Source of the DNA: a virus
Lineage: Duplodnaviria; Caudoviricetes
DNA: 24,315 nt
Reading direction: 5' to 3' (one strand)
IMG/VR virus record: IMGVR_UViG_3300044988_000027
Span: 1 to 24,315 of that record
Shown here one piece after another: positions 8,462-17,143 of this stretch. The stretch's first letter is position 1, and every line of letters starts with the position of its first letter. Made by a program: the position numbers and the translations under genes. The notes beneath the pieces were generated by a model. It saw only the letters and a list, made by a program, of their open reading frames with translations. It did no database searches and had not been told where the DNA came from.

Positions 8462-10422
8462 TACATTAACCCCAGCATTTCATAATTAACCATTTTAAAC
8501 CCACTTGGGTGCATAACGATAGCTTCTGGCATGACTTGCTCCACTTCGTCGGCCATAACACCTGAGAACGGTTGCCCCCACAAGTAATCCCATGTGTAAA
8601 GCCCAATGCCAAGAACGTGCGTACCAATGCGTTTAATGTTCTTTTTAAGCCTTCTATCAGACTTAACCGCCGCGCCTATACCTGCGCCGCCAAGCGCTCC
8701 CGCCGCGCCAATCCCTGCGCTCATCATTTGAGCGTTAGCCGCCGCTTGAGCATTGTACACGCTTTGGTCGTATTGACCCTGCGCTGTAGCCGCGCCAAGC
8801 ATATCCGCGCCTTGCCAGTTAGCTAACTGTCCGGGCTGTGATGTGCCTACCTGTGGAAGATTAGCAGTGTTAAGTTGAGCGCCAGTTCTGAGCGCTTGCA
8901 AGATATTAAGCGGATTTTGCTGTATTGCTTGATTCTGCGCGAGTTGTTGGTTGCTGGCTTGATTGCTAAGTTGAGCGCTTTGCAATTGTTGATTATATAG
9001 CTGCGATAGTTGTTCGTTATTTAAGTCAGCGTTAGCAAGACCAGCATTAAATGTTAGCTGTTGCGCGCTATTTGAATCCGCTTGATTAGATGTATCCATG
9101 CCAAAACGCTGATTAACCGCTGCGTTTTGCGCTTGCATATTTGACAAATTTTGCCCGTATTGCTGTGCTTGCGCCGCATTCTGAAATTGCGCGTTGCCTA
9201 GTGCTTGATTGTACGCTTGCTGCTGCGCAGAATTAGCGAATTGCCCTGCTTGCAAATTTTGACCAAACTGTTGACCTAATGCAGCATTAGTAAGCCCCAT
9301 ATTAGTCTGCGCATTAGCATTGTTCTGCCCTGCTGAAGCGTTAGCAAGTTGCTGCGCCGTGACATTTTGCCCAAACTGTTGCCCTAAAGAAGTATTGCCA
9401 AACTGAGCGCCTTGCAACCCCATACCAAACAGCCCCTGCGCTGCGGCTGTGCCTTGCCCAATCGCTTGGTTTCTTGCATCCGTGTACGCTTGTTGCTTTT
9501 GATTGTTGAAGTTAAGCATTGCATTGTTATATGCTTCACTGCCTCGCGTAATGCCTTGGTTAGCTAATTGGCTTTCCATTTTTGCTTGACTCTGCGCAAA
9601 CTGCGGGTCTAAATATTGCGTGTTAGCTTTGTATAACGCGTCGGATGCTTGTTGATTAAGTAGCGTTGGGTCTAAACCTAGCTTAGTTTGAATATTAGCG
9701 GAGTTATTTAGCCCTGCCCCAAGTCCACCAGCTTGCTGATTAGCGTCCGCGCTTGTTTGAATTCTGTCGCCGTTATTATCGACAACGTATTGCGCTTGCC
9801 CGTTCACGTCGCCAATAGACGTTCTGATTTGCCCCGCGCCCTCTACGCTACTCTGCAAACCGGAAGTATTTAAATTGCCTCCAGTAAACGTAGGCGCGTT
9901 AACGTTCGTTGTCATGCGGTCAGCAGTAGCCGCAGGGCCACCTTGAATTGCAATATCAGGCGCAACGCCTTGCGAAATAGCTTGCTTAACTTTATCAAGA
10001 CCAGTTAACGCCATTCCCGATAAGCCTAACTGCGTAGCTTGGCTTTGATTAAATAGCTGTTGGTCGTTAGCACCTAATGTTTGAGTCTGACTCCATTGCT
10101 GAGGGTCATACGTTTTAACAAAGTTTTTAGGTAGTCCTTTGCCAGCGTAATACGCGTCTTTCTGCGTTTGCGTTAAAGAAGTCATATCAAAAGGCATACT
10201 GCCTTGAGAATCAGGTTGCGCTGGGTTTGTATAAGTTACGCCAGTTGATGTGCCTGTAGGCGTGTATTTTCCTGTTTCTGCGTCATACGAATACTGCTGT
10301 GGGCCAACTTGATTGGTCATGTTGCCATATTGCGCTGCGATAGCCGCGTTTTGATTCCCTGCTGCCGTTTGTTGCGCGGCTAATTTATAGTCTGGCGCTG
10401 GAGGTGCTGAAGGTGCGCACAT
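8461..10422 (-). CDS. DNA pilot/ejection protein with C-terminal Peptidase_S74 (intramolecular chaperone) domain
   Basis: N-terminal MCAPSAPPAPDY; central LDPQF...QLANQGI..GSEAY motif; Q/N/A-rich repeats (LGQQFGQN); C-terminal SDRRLKKNI...GVMADEV...P.A......VNY. Confidence 0.8.
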   Translation of the reverse strand: MCAPSAPPAPDYKLAAQQTAAGNQNAAIAAQYGNMTNQVGPQQYSYDAETGKYTPTGTSTGVTYTNPAQPDSQGSMPFDMTSLTQTQKDAYYAGKGLPKNFVKTYDPQQWSQTQTLGANDQQLFNQSQATQLGLSGMALTGLDKVKQAISQGVAPDIAIQGGPAATADRMTTNVNAPTFTGGNLNTSGLQSSVEGAGQIRTSIGDVNGQAQYVVDNNGDRIQTSADANQQAGGLGAGLNNSANIQTKLGLDPTLLNQQASDALYKANTQYLDPQFAQSQAKMESQLANQGITRGSEAYNNAMLNFNNQKQQAYTDARNQAIGQGTAAAQGLFGMGLQGAQFGNTSLGQQFGQNVTAQQLANASAGQNNANAQTNMGLTNAALGQQFGQNLQAGQFANSAQQQAYNQALGNAQFQNAAQAQQYGQNLSNMQAQNAAVNQRFGMDTSNQADSNSAQQLTFNAGLANADLNNEQLSQLYNQQLQSAQLSNQASNQQLAQNQAIQQNPLNILQALRTGAQLNTANLPQVGTSQPGQLANWQGADMLGAATAQGQYDQSVYNAQAAANAQMMSAGIGAAGALGGAGIGAAVKSDRRLKKNIKRIGTHVLGIGLYTWDYLWGQPFSGVMADEVEQVMPEAIVMHPSGFKMVNYEMLGLM

Positions 10423-10436
10423 AAGTTATTTCCTCT

Positions 10437-10898
10437 TTAAAATGTGTATGTCATGTTTGCGCAAGTGTGTTTAAAGCCCATTCGCTCCCACAACTTTGCA
10501 ACGCGCAAATCGGTCATTGCGCTAACATTTAGACGTTTCACTCCACGGTTGCGCAGGTCAAGCAGCCCAAACTTTACTAAATTCTTACCAATGCCTTTTC
10601 GGTGTTCTTTTGTAATGTAAAGCGCATCTTCTTGCGCTATTAAATCCATATTGTGCATATCGTTTGTTATATAAACCGCGCAATGCCCTACTGGTTTGTT
10701 ATCTAATCGCGCGACATACATTATTAAATAGCCTGCATGGCTAGCTTTTAAATATTCGTCAAGTCGCCAATTAAACGGTGAAAATTCTATTCCTTGACTT
10801 GCTAAACGCTCAAGCATTTCGCTATAGTGCGCACGGAATAACGGCTCAAATTCTTGCCAAATATCGTGGAACTTTTCTATGCTGTAAGTGTACTCCAT
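10437..10898 (-). CDS. GNAT-family N-acyltransferase
   Basis: Motif A LYITKEHRKGIGKNLV and motif B AKLWERMGF. Confidence 0.9.
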   Translation of the reverse strand: MEYTYSIEKFHDIWQEFEPLFRAHYSEMLERLASQGIEFSPFNWRLDEYLKASHAGYLIMYVARLDNKPVGHCAVYITNDMHNMDLIAQEDALYITKEHRKGIGKNLVKFGLLDLRNRGVKRLNVSAMTDLRVAKLWERMGFKHTCANMTYTF

Positions 10899-12457
10899 TA
10901 TAGTACGCCTCCGCCTTCAAATACATAGTCTGTCGCGTAATAGCGAATGTCAGACGTTTTACTTGACGTTCTGATTCTAAATGTACCGTAATACCCCATG
11001 CCCGACGCCATTTGCCAACGTGAAAACGGCATGATGTTTCCACCCCATTGTACATTGTCCCAAGTGCCAGAATCCCAAACGCCTGCGTTGGTAGCAAGAA
11101 GGTTATAGGGTTGTGGTGGTTGAGAATCTAAATCAAAATTAAGGTTAATCTGACCGGAAAACGCAAACGCATAATCGTAGCCCATTGACACTTTAGCCAT
11201 CGTCCAACGCTTAATCTGACTTTGACTGCCAAAGGCAGAAAAAGCAGGTAAAAGGTCGGTATTGATGACTTCGCCATCATCAGTTGGACCATCCCAAAAT
11301 TTAAAGACTTTGCCGCCTTGTCCGAAATACATTACGTTGTTAACAAACGCCCAACAGGTAGCATTAACGCCTGTAAAACGTGACCATGACCCGCTAATGG
11401 TGTTCATGACGTATTGGTCAAACTGCGTTGAACTGATTGGTACGTTAATAAACAGCATATTATTAGGTGGGCTTAACACGACTTGCCAACCGTAATTTCC
11501 TGCATACGCTACGGTTGCATCAGTAATACGTTTTTGTATTTTGTTTGTAATAGACGTTTTGACGTTAACACGGCTAGACATTAACCACTGTGACAAAGGA
11601 ACTAGACCATCTTTGTTTAGCAGTAATATGTCGCCCCCGAACTTAATTGTGCAACTGCGCCCTACGGGTGAACCACCATAATACACGCCATTAAGCGACC
11701 ATGTATCGGCTGACGCAGGGTTTGTTCCGCTATAGACGGCAATCTCACCTACCGTAGTAATGACGACAAAATAGTCATCCATACCGTTACCGGCGTCAAG
11801 CGTCCATGTTTCAATCTTAGCAATACTGCCGCCATTGATAAACAAAGGTGCAAAGTCAAAAGAAGTTGCTGTGCCAGCAATCGAATCAGTCGCTAAATAC
11901 CAGCATTTCATGCTGTCTTTTTGAACAAACCACGCTCTGCGATGATGTACTAAAACGCCAACAAGTAGGCTTGTGTCAACGCCTGTGATAGCGTAAGGTG
12001 TTGATACGCCCGTCACTTGTTGCCATGTTGTGCCGTCATAGAGAAGCATATAATCTTCGCCATTCACAGCAAGCGTAAATGTGCCGCCTGACGTTGATAC
12101 TTGACCAAAATACCATCTAGCGTTAGAAAGCCCTGTAACAACTTCAGTTGGCGCGGTAGGTGTTTGCGCCGTTACGTTCCACACACTGCAATCGCCAGCG
12201 TCGTCAGCTACCGCAAAGACACGCGAAACGCCATCTTGCCCGTCATAGGTGATAAACGATTCAATATCGCCCGCTATGCCACTTGACCACAATGTGTAGC
12301 CTTTGCGTGACTGCAATTCAGTAGGCAAACAAAACCAGTTATCGATGATGACCGCCTCATTAGGCGACATCGCGGCTAATTGATTGACCGCATTCCACCC
12401 GCCGATTGGCGCGGTGACAGTGACGGTACCTGAAGTTTGGCGTTTAGGTCGTAACAT
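10898..12457 (-). CDS. Tail nozzle / DNA-stabilisation protein (P22 gp10, T7 gp12 positional equivalent)
   Basis: 519 aa, beta-propeller-like and Trp/Gly-rich, N-terminal APIGGWN; lies between the adaptor and ejection genes. Confidence 0.8.
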   Translation of the reverse strand: MLRPKRQTSGTVTVTAPIGGWNAVNQLAAMSPNEAVIIDNWFCLPTELQSRKGYTLWSSGIAGDIESFITYDGQDGVSRVFAVADDAGDCSVWNVTAQTPTAPTEVVTGLSNARWYFGQVSTSGGTFTLAVNGEDYMLLYDGTTWQQVTGVSTPYAITGVDTSLLVGVLVHHRRAWFVQKDSMKCWYLATDSIAGTATSFDFAPLFINGGSIAKIETWTLDAGNGMDDYFVVITTVGEIAVYSGTNPASADTWSLNGVYYGGSPVGRSCTIKFGGDILLLNKDGLVPLSQWLMSSRVNVKTSITNKIQKRITDATVAYAGNYGWQVVLSPPNNMLFINVPISSTQFDQYVMNTISGSWSRFTGVNATCWAFVNNVMYFGQGGKVFKFWDGPTDDGEVINTDLLPAFSAFGSQSQIKRWTMAKVSMGYDYAFAFSGQINLNFDLDSQPPQPYNLLATNAGVWDSGTWDNVQWGGNIMPFSRWQMASGMGYYGTFRIRTSSKTSDIRYYATDYVFEGGGVL

Positions 12458-12852
12458 TACAATGAACCTTCTACAATTCTGCCATCAGGCAAAGTTACAT
12501 ATGTCTTTTTAGATTCCCTAGTGGCAAAGTAATTTGCCAAATCATCAGGTGTTTGTTGTCTAAAATTAGTGTCAGAAGGCTGAAAATTCCACAAATTTTC
12601 GTCATTTCCACCTTTTTGCCAATTTCCACCTTGCATATCTGGTGCGCTATATTTAGACCCGCTAGAAAATGTCTGGTGGTTAGGCATTTTAAATTCGTCG
12701 TTCAAGTGCCTTCCTGTTGCTTCCTGATAGTCCTGCAAGCTGTTATAAGGCGCAGGAACGCCATATTTGGCTACATACCCCGCCTCGTCATATCCCTTTA
12801 AGTTATCTTCTGGCATTTGTCGTAAAAGTTGAGCTAATCTAACGGCGTCCAT
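12457..12852 (-). CDS. Hypothetical protein (H..D.FK.PNH.TFS..S.Y...GG.W motif)
   Basis: AGGA ribosome-binding site before ATG 12852; TAATG coupling to the nozzle gene. Function unknown. Confidence 0.7.
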   Translation of the reverse strand: MDAVRLAQLLRQMPEDNLKGYDEAGYVAKYGVPAPYNSLQDYQEATGRHLNDEFKMPNHQTFSSGSKYSAPDMQGGNWQKGGNDENLWNFQPSDTNFRQQTPDDLANYFATRESKKTYVTLPDGRIVEGSL

Positions 12853-12861
12853 AAAATGTTC

Positions 12862-13770
12862 CTACGAGGTAGTATTTCCGTACCCAGTGTCTGGGATATT
12901 GTTCTGAGTGAGTAGTATATTTGGATAGCGTGGCGCGAGGGACAGCGTATCTGCGCCGCTTTCCGCTGCTTTCCATTTCTCCAGCTCACGAGTGTAATCT
13001 TGAAGCACTGCTGTGGTGTCAAAGCCTTTAATCTCAAACAATTTAAGTTTTGTGCCAAGCACCATTACGCGGTCTGGAAACAGTGTTGTATCAGTATCAA
13101 CCGTTAATCGTGTCTTAGGTGTTCCGTCAGCCGCTACGACCCATGCGTTAGAAACGTACTCAAAGCCCATTACTAACACTGCGGTAGGCGCAGGCCAGAT
13201 AACAAACTTATTGCCCATCATTCTAAAACGCATACGAGGACCTGTTGTGACATAGCTTGCTTTAAGCCATTGCCATTCTTGAGCGTCTTTAGGGCCAATA
13301 ATTGACCATCGGTTTGATTTATTGTATTGGGTTTTGTCTACCATACGCGCATAGTCGCTAGGCATAGCATACTTAGCTTGACTAAACGTAATGGTAATTC
13401 CCGTTGCAGTGGCAGTAGCAGGGATAGAAGTTGTAGCCGTTGTTGTACCAACAAACGTGACAAAAGTGTCTTGTGACAGCCCTTCGCCAATAGCCATAAA
13501 ATCAGTTGATAGCCCTGTTACTGACGATAAATTGGTGATGGTGGTCGAGCCTTCAGTAACGTCGCCCGTATATTGATAGTAAACCGTTTCAAAACGGTAT
13601 TCTGCTGCTAGGGCTTGCCAGTCACGCTCAGTTGATAGCGTGTCGCCTGTACGGTTCATCAGCGCTTGAATTTGAAGCACTTGAGGGTCTGTTGATGTCG
13701 CCACTTGCGTGGGGACAGGCAAACCTATTTCTAAACAGACATCTTGAACATTCGTAAGTAGGTTTGCCAT
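12862..13770 (-). CDS. Head-tail adaptor protein (P22 gp4 / T7 gp11 equivalent) with inserted beta domain
   Basis: LL..VQ.VC.EIGLP.P helical start, DWQAL, Y.MPSDY, IWPAP motifs; position between capsid and nozzle genes. Confidence 0.75.
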   Translation of the reverse strand: MANLLTNVQDVCLEIGLPVPTQVATSTDPQVLQIQALMNRTGDTLSTERDWQALAAEYRFETVYYQYTGDVTEGSTTITNLSSVTGLSTDFMAIGEGLSQDTFVTFVGTTTATTSIPATATATGITITFSQAKYAMPSDYARMVDKTQYNKSNRWSIIGPKDAQEWQWLKASYVTTGPRMRFRMMGNKFVIWPAPTAVLVMGFEYVSNAWVVAADGTPKTRLTVDTDTTLFPDRVMVLGTKLKLFEIKGFDTTAVLQDYTRELEKWKAAESGADTLSLAPRYPNILLTQNNIPDTGYGNTTS

Positions 13771-13775
13771 GCGTT

Positions 13776-14288
13776 TTATTCCTTAACGGTTCTAACTCTT
13801 TTGACTTCAGGTGGTTGTGCATCCATCAAAATTTTCATTTGCGCTTGAAGCTCTGCAATTTGGTCAGATTGAGCTTTAATTAGTTCATCAGCGTCTATTT
13901 TACCACGATTTAAAAAGGCTTGTGCTTTATTGCGAAGTTGTGTGCCGCCCATAATACGGATAAACGCCGCGTCAGGTGCGCCAGCAACTTGTTCAATATA
14001 TCTAAACCCTTGGTAGGCTAGCTCAATGCGGAGTGTTTCGGCAATTTCTGGCCATTCCTCCATTGGCGTACCTTTAATATCTTTTAAGCCTTTATAGGCT
14101 TGCCATTGCCGTGCAAAACGGGCTTTGTGGTTATCGTCGGCAATCGTGTCAATTGACAGTGATTTATCGCCGGGTACATTGATTCGGATAAAGTCGTATT
14201 CTTGCCCATCGTGCGTTCCAATGTAGAATGAAACGTCTAAGTAAGCATCGCCGCCGGTATCGCCGACATAAGAAAGTTGTTCGCTCAT
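13776..14288 (-). CDS. Hypothetical head-region protein
   Basis: RF..QW.AY..GTP.EEWP and a helix-hairpin-like IEQVAG segment, then a C-terminal coiled coil; AGGA ribosome-binding site upstream. Confidence 0.7.
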   Translation of the reverse strand: MSEQLSYVGDTGGDAYLDVSFYIGTHDGQEYDFIRINVPGDKSLSIDTIADDNHKARFARQWQAYKGLKDIKGTPMEEWPEIAETLRIELAYQGFRYIEQVAGAPDAAFIRIMGGTQLRNKAQAFLNRGKIDADELIKAQSDQIAELQAQMKILMDAQPPEVKRVRTVKE

Positions 14289-14306
14289 ATTTAATCCTAG
14301 TTAGTT

Positions 14307-14332
14307 GGCGGTAAGCCGTCTAGCTTACCGCC
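14307..14332. promoter_or_regulatory. Perfect 10-bp stem-loop after the capsid and decoration genes (attenuator or mRNA-stabilising hairpin)
   Basis: ggcggtaagc-cgtcta-gcttaccgcc in the intergenic gap. No U-tract follows on the minus strand. Confidence 0.6.
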
Positions 14333-14339
14333 TTAAAAA

Positions 14340-14834
14340 TTATACTACTTGACCTTGGTGGAATGGACGGTTGATTTGAATCAACGCCAAGCCAGAGCTA
14401 GGTGTACCTGTTGTGGTAGATACTTTAGCATTTAAGATTTGCTCACCGTTTACTTGAGCATCATCAACACTGCCCGGAGTTGCCGCTAGCATAAATACAT
14501 CAGCGCCAACAGTCATAGCGTTAGGCGCTTTAACCGCAGCGATACCTTGAATCTGATACCAGCCGTATTGTGATGCTACGTTAGCAGACATCGATACAGC
14601 CACTTGACCAACGCCGCCAGTAGCAGGCGCTAAAGTAGTTGTGGCTAAGTATGAGTCATAAGTGACTAATGAGCCCACAACAGTTGATGCAACGCCTTTC
14701 AAATAAATGAATTCGCCAGCACCGTAAGTTGGGTCTACCGCAGTAACGATAGTGCCTAATGCGTGTTTCTGTGTGGTATCAGTAAGCGCGATACCTTGAA
14801 AACCCGCTAAAGGGGTCGTAATGTTATAAGCCAT
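14340..14834 (-). CDS. Capsid decoration/cement protein (putative)
   Basis: Directly after the capsid gene with a strong AGGAGG site; LGT....D...G.GEFIY and YGWYQI.G motifs; small and beta-rich. Confidence 0.7.
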   Translation of the reverse strand: MAYNITTPLAGFQGIALTDTTQKHALGTIVTAVDPTYGAGEFIYLKGVASTVVGSLVTYDSYLATTTLAPATGGVGQVAVSMSANVASQYGWYQIQGIAAVKAPNAMTVGADVFMLAATPGSVDDAQVNGEQILNAKVSTTTGTPSSGLALIQINRPFHQGQVV

Positions 14835-14843
14835 GAATGCCTC

Positions 14844-15842
14844 CTAGGTTGTGCTGAATGTTGCGTTGAATTGCGCACCAGAACAGGTTAACGCGCCAGA
14901 GAAGCCCATTAAGCGAACAATCGCGTCTTGGTTAACTGCTTGACGGTCGCCGCCGATTGGCACGAAATTACGGTCTTTGTGAGGACGGAAGTACACATAT
15001 TTTGTGTTAATAAAGTCCATACGAGTTGCAGTTTGGTTGCCGCCGATACCGCCACCAAGTACAACGTCAGCAGAGCCGGCGCCGCCGTAGAATTTCAACG
15101 CAGAGAAACCTGCCGCGCCTAATTTATCGTCAGTGATACGTTGGATTGCCTGCAAAGACGCTAAGTAAAGCGAATAGGCGGTTGAGCCTGCATAAATTAA
15201 ATCAACATGGTCTGTGCCACGAACAACTGATAACGCGACAGTGTTCATGCTGTTTTGAATGTTAGCCGCAGTAGCTGCTGCTGAAGTCAAACCAGTTGAA
15301 GTGTACGCGCCATTACGCCAGAAAGTCCATGTAGCACGGTCAATACCGCCGTAAGTACCTGTACTTGGTGAAGTGCTAATCATAGCCGCTAAACCAACTA
15401 AGTTTTTACCTGCGTTACCTGTACCGTCGCCATGTAAGTCGATGTCGATTTTGTTGTTAAGTCTTGCTTCAGCAATTTCAACACGGGTAGCAAGCAATTC
15501 AATCATTGCTTCTTTGCCGCTGTTAGCAAGCATTTCAGGGCCAGAAATCGTTACAGCATCCGCATAATGTTTCAAATTAAACTGCGCAGCACTGATTGGA
15601 GAATCAGGTGAAATGTTGATAGTCTCGTAACCGCTATAGCTTGACGCATAATTGGTTGCAGGGTCGTTATAAAACAATTCTTGCAAGATGGTTGAACCAC
15701 CGCTGATTGTTTTTACGTTACCGCGTTCTTTCAAACGAAGTAATAACGCGTTGTTGTTTGTTAAGTTATCTTGAGCCGATTTGGTACGGCTTTCGATGGT
15801 GGTTGCGATAATGTCACTAATCGCGCTGTTTGCAAATGCCAT
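14844..15842 (-). CDS. Major capsid protein (presumed HK97 fold)
   Basis: 332 aa after the scaffold gene; DN...NNALL..L, SYSGYE, HGDGTG...K...GL and GTYGGI.R..W.FW motifs; GAGGA ribosome-binding site. Confidence 0.88.
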   Translation of the reverse strand: MAFANSAISDIIATTIESRTKSAQDNLTNNNALLLRLKERGNVKTISGGSTILQELFYNDPATNYASSYSGYETINISPDSPISAAQFNLKHYADAVTISGPEMLANSGKEAMIELLATRVEIAEARLNNKIDIDLHGDGTGNAGKNLVGLAAMISTSPSTGTYGGIDRATWTFWRNGAYTSTGLTSAAATAANIQNSMNTVALSVVRGTDHVDLIYAGSTAYSLYLASLQAIQRITDDKLGAAGFSALKFYGGAGSADVVLGGGIGGNQTATRMDFINTKYVYFRPHKDRNFVPIGGDRQAVNQDAIVRLMGFSGALTCSGAQFNATFSTT

Positions 15843-15861
15843 TGCTTAATCCTCGTAAAAT

Positions 15862-16803
15862 TTAAAATCCGTGAAGGCGCATTGCCTGTCTAACGGCTTC
15901 TTCAGTAGTTGCAGGGATAACGGTTCGGTTCGCGCCCGCAGGTGAACCTTTAACCGATACCGCTGCTGCCTTTGCTGCCTTTGCAGCTTGGTCTGCCTGC
16001 GTTAAATTTTGACGATTCCCGCCGCCTTGCTGTTGAGCATAGACTTTTTGAAACGTATTATCGTTTAACCGCAATGCTTTTTCATAAGCATCATCTAAGT
16101 CATTTGCAAGTCCACGTTCTAGCAGGTCTGCCATCGTTGACTGCACCTCAGTAAAATACTCATGACGCTGCGCAAAATCCGAAATTTTAGACTGAATTTG
16201 AGCGTCTTCGTGGCTTTGTTTAAATTCCGAAGCCTCTCGCAATTGTCGTTCTTTTTCGTCTAACTGCGCCTTAAGATTGTGCATGGTCGGGTCGTATGGC
16301 AAGCCGGCTAGCTGGTTCATATCAATCTGATAATCATGCGCTAATTTCATTAGCATTTCCGCTTTTTCTTGGTATGACCCTCGACGAAGCGTATGTTCTG
16401 TTTTTAGAAGATTGAAAAACGCGACGTCTGGCGCGACTTGCATTTCTTCTAAATAATTTTTATATGGAGCAATCGACTTATCAATGGATTTAGCAAAGTT
16501 AGCCGCTGATTTATACTGCTCTATCCCTCTATGGAACTGTTCTTCACGCTCTATAATATGCTTCTGTACAGTTTCTGGCAACTTTTCTAACTCGGCTGCC
16601 GCTTCGGCTTTCCATGATTTCCACGGAGAGCGTTCAGGAGGTGGTGCTTTTACTTCTTCTTTTACGGTTTCTTCAGGTTCGCTTGTAGATGTTGATTCTT
16701 CAAGTTTATCCAGCTCACGCCCAATAATATCATGGGTAGACTGACTTTCTTCTTCTACTGCAACTTCTTCAACTGAGTCTTCAGTTGTCGTTTCTTCGCT
16801 CAT
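15862..16803 (-). CDS. Capsid scaffolding protein
   Basis: Highly acidic N-terminus, coiled coils, DLDDAYEKA motif, short C-terminal helix; directly upstream of the capsid gene. Confidence 0.8.
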   Translation of the reverse strand: MSEETTTEDSVEEVAVEEESQSTHDIIGRELDKLEESTSTSEPEETVKEEVKAPPPERSPWKSWKAEAAAELEKLPETVQKHIIEREEQFHRGIEQYKSAANFAKSIDKSIAPYKNYLEEMQVAPDVAFFNLLKTEHTLRRGSYQEKAEMLMKLAHDYQIDMNQLAGLPYDPTMHNLKAQLDEKERQLREASEFKQSHEDAQIQSKISDFAQRHEYFTEVQSTMADLLERGLANDLDDAYEKALRLNDNTFQKVYAQQQGGGNRQNLTQADQAAKAAKAAAVSVKGSPAGANRTVIPATTEEAVRQAMRLHGF

Positions 16804-16816
16804 TTGGAGTCCTTAG

Positions 16817-17143
16817 TTAGTTTATTCTTGCGGCAATTTCTTGTCGCAACGTTTCTTTTTTACGCTTTTGCGCAAAATGGTCTACTTTGGGTGTCATGTC
16901 CTCGTTACCGACTTCACTGCACCCATTGTTCTTTAAATGCCTACGATGCTGTCCTCTGTCAGTAATCATACTGCCATCAATTTGTGACCTATAAGGGGCA
17001 AACTCAGCATGGACAAACGACGCTGAAATAACTCGCGTCATTATCGTATCGCAGCACTGTGGCAAATTGTCATATTCTGCCAGCTTTCTAAAGATGTCTT
17101 GCGTTGCTCCGCATTCTTTACATTTGACTTCGTACAGCGGCAT
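16817..17143 (-). CDS. FmdB-family zinc-ribbon protein
   Basis: MPLYEVKCKECG...PQCC...MTRVIS. Start at ATG 17143 (TAATG overlap). Confidence 0.8.
   Translation of the reverse strand: MPLYEVKCKECGATQDIFRKLAEYDNLPQCCDTIMTRVISASFVHAEFAPYRSQIDGSMITDRGQHRRHLKNNGCSEVGNEDMTPKVDHFAQKRKKETLRQEIAARIN

Noticed and set aside
8900-9520. Q/N-rich region as a prion-like element or DNA repeat
   Set aside because: These are degenerate protein-level repeats (N...QQ.FGQ) consistent with helical pilot proteins, with no exact DNA repeat.
14307-14340. Canonical rho-independent terminator
   Set aside because: No U-tract follows the stem on the coding strand, so it is kept only as a hairpin.
8162-14846. Genome-wide TAG reassignment (alternative genetic code)
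   Set aside because: Genes are full length and tile the window under code 11. TAG occurs only at plausible gene ends, and the one at 8162 is out of frame with the next gene.
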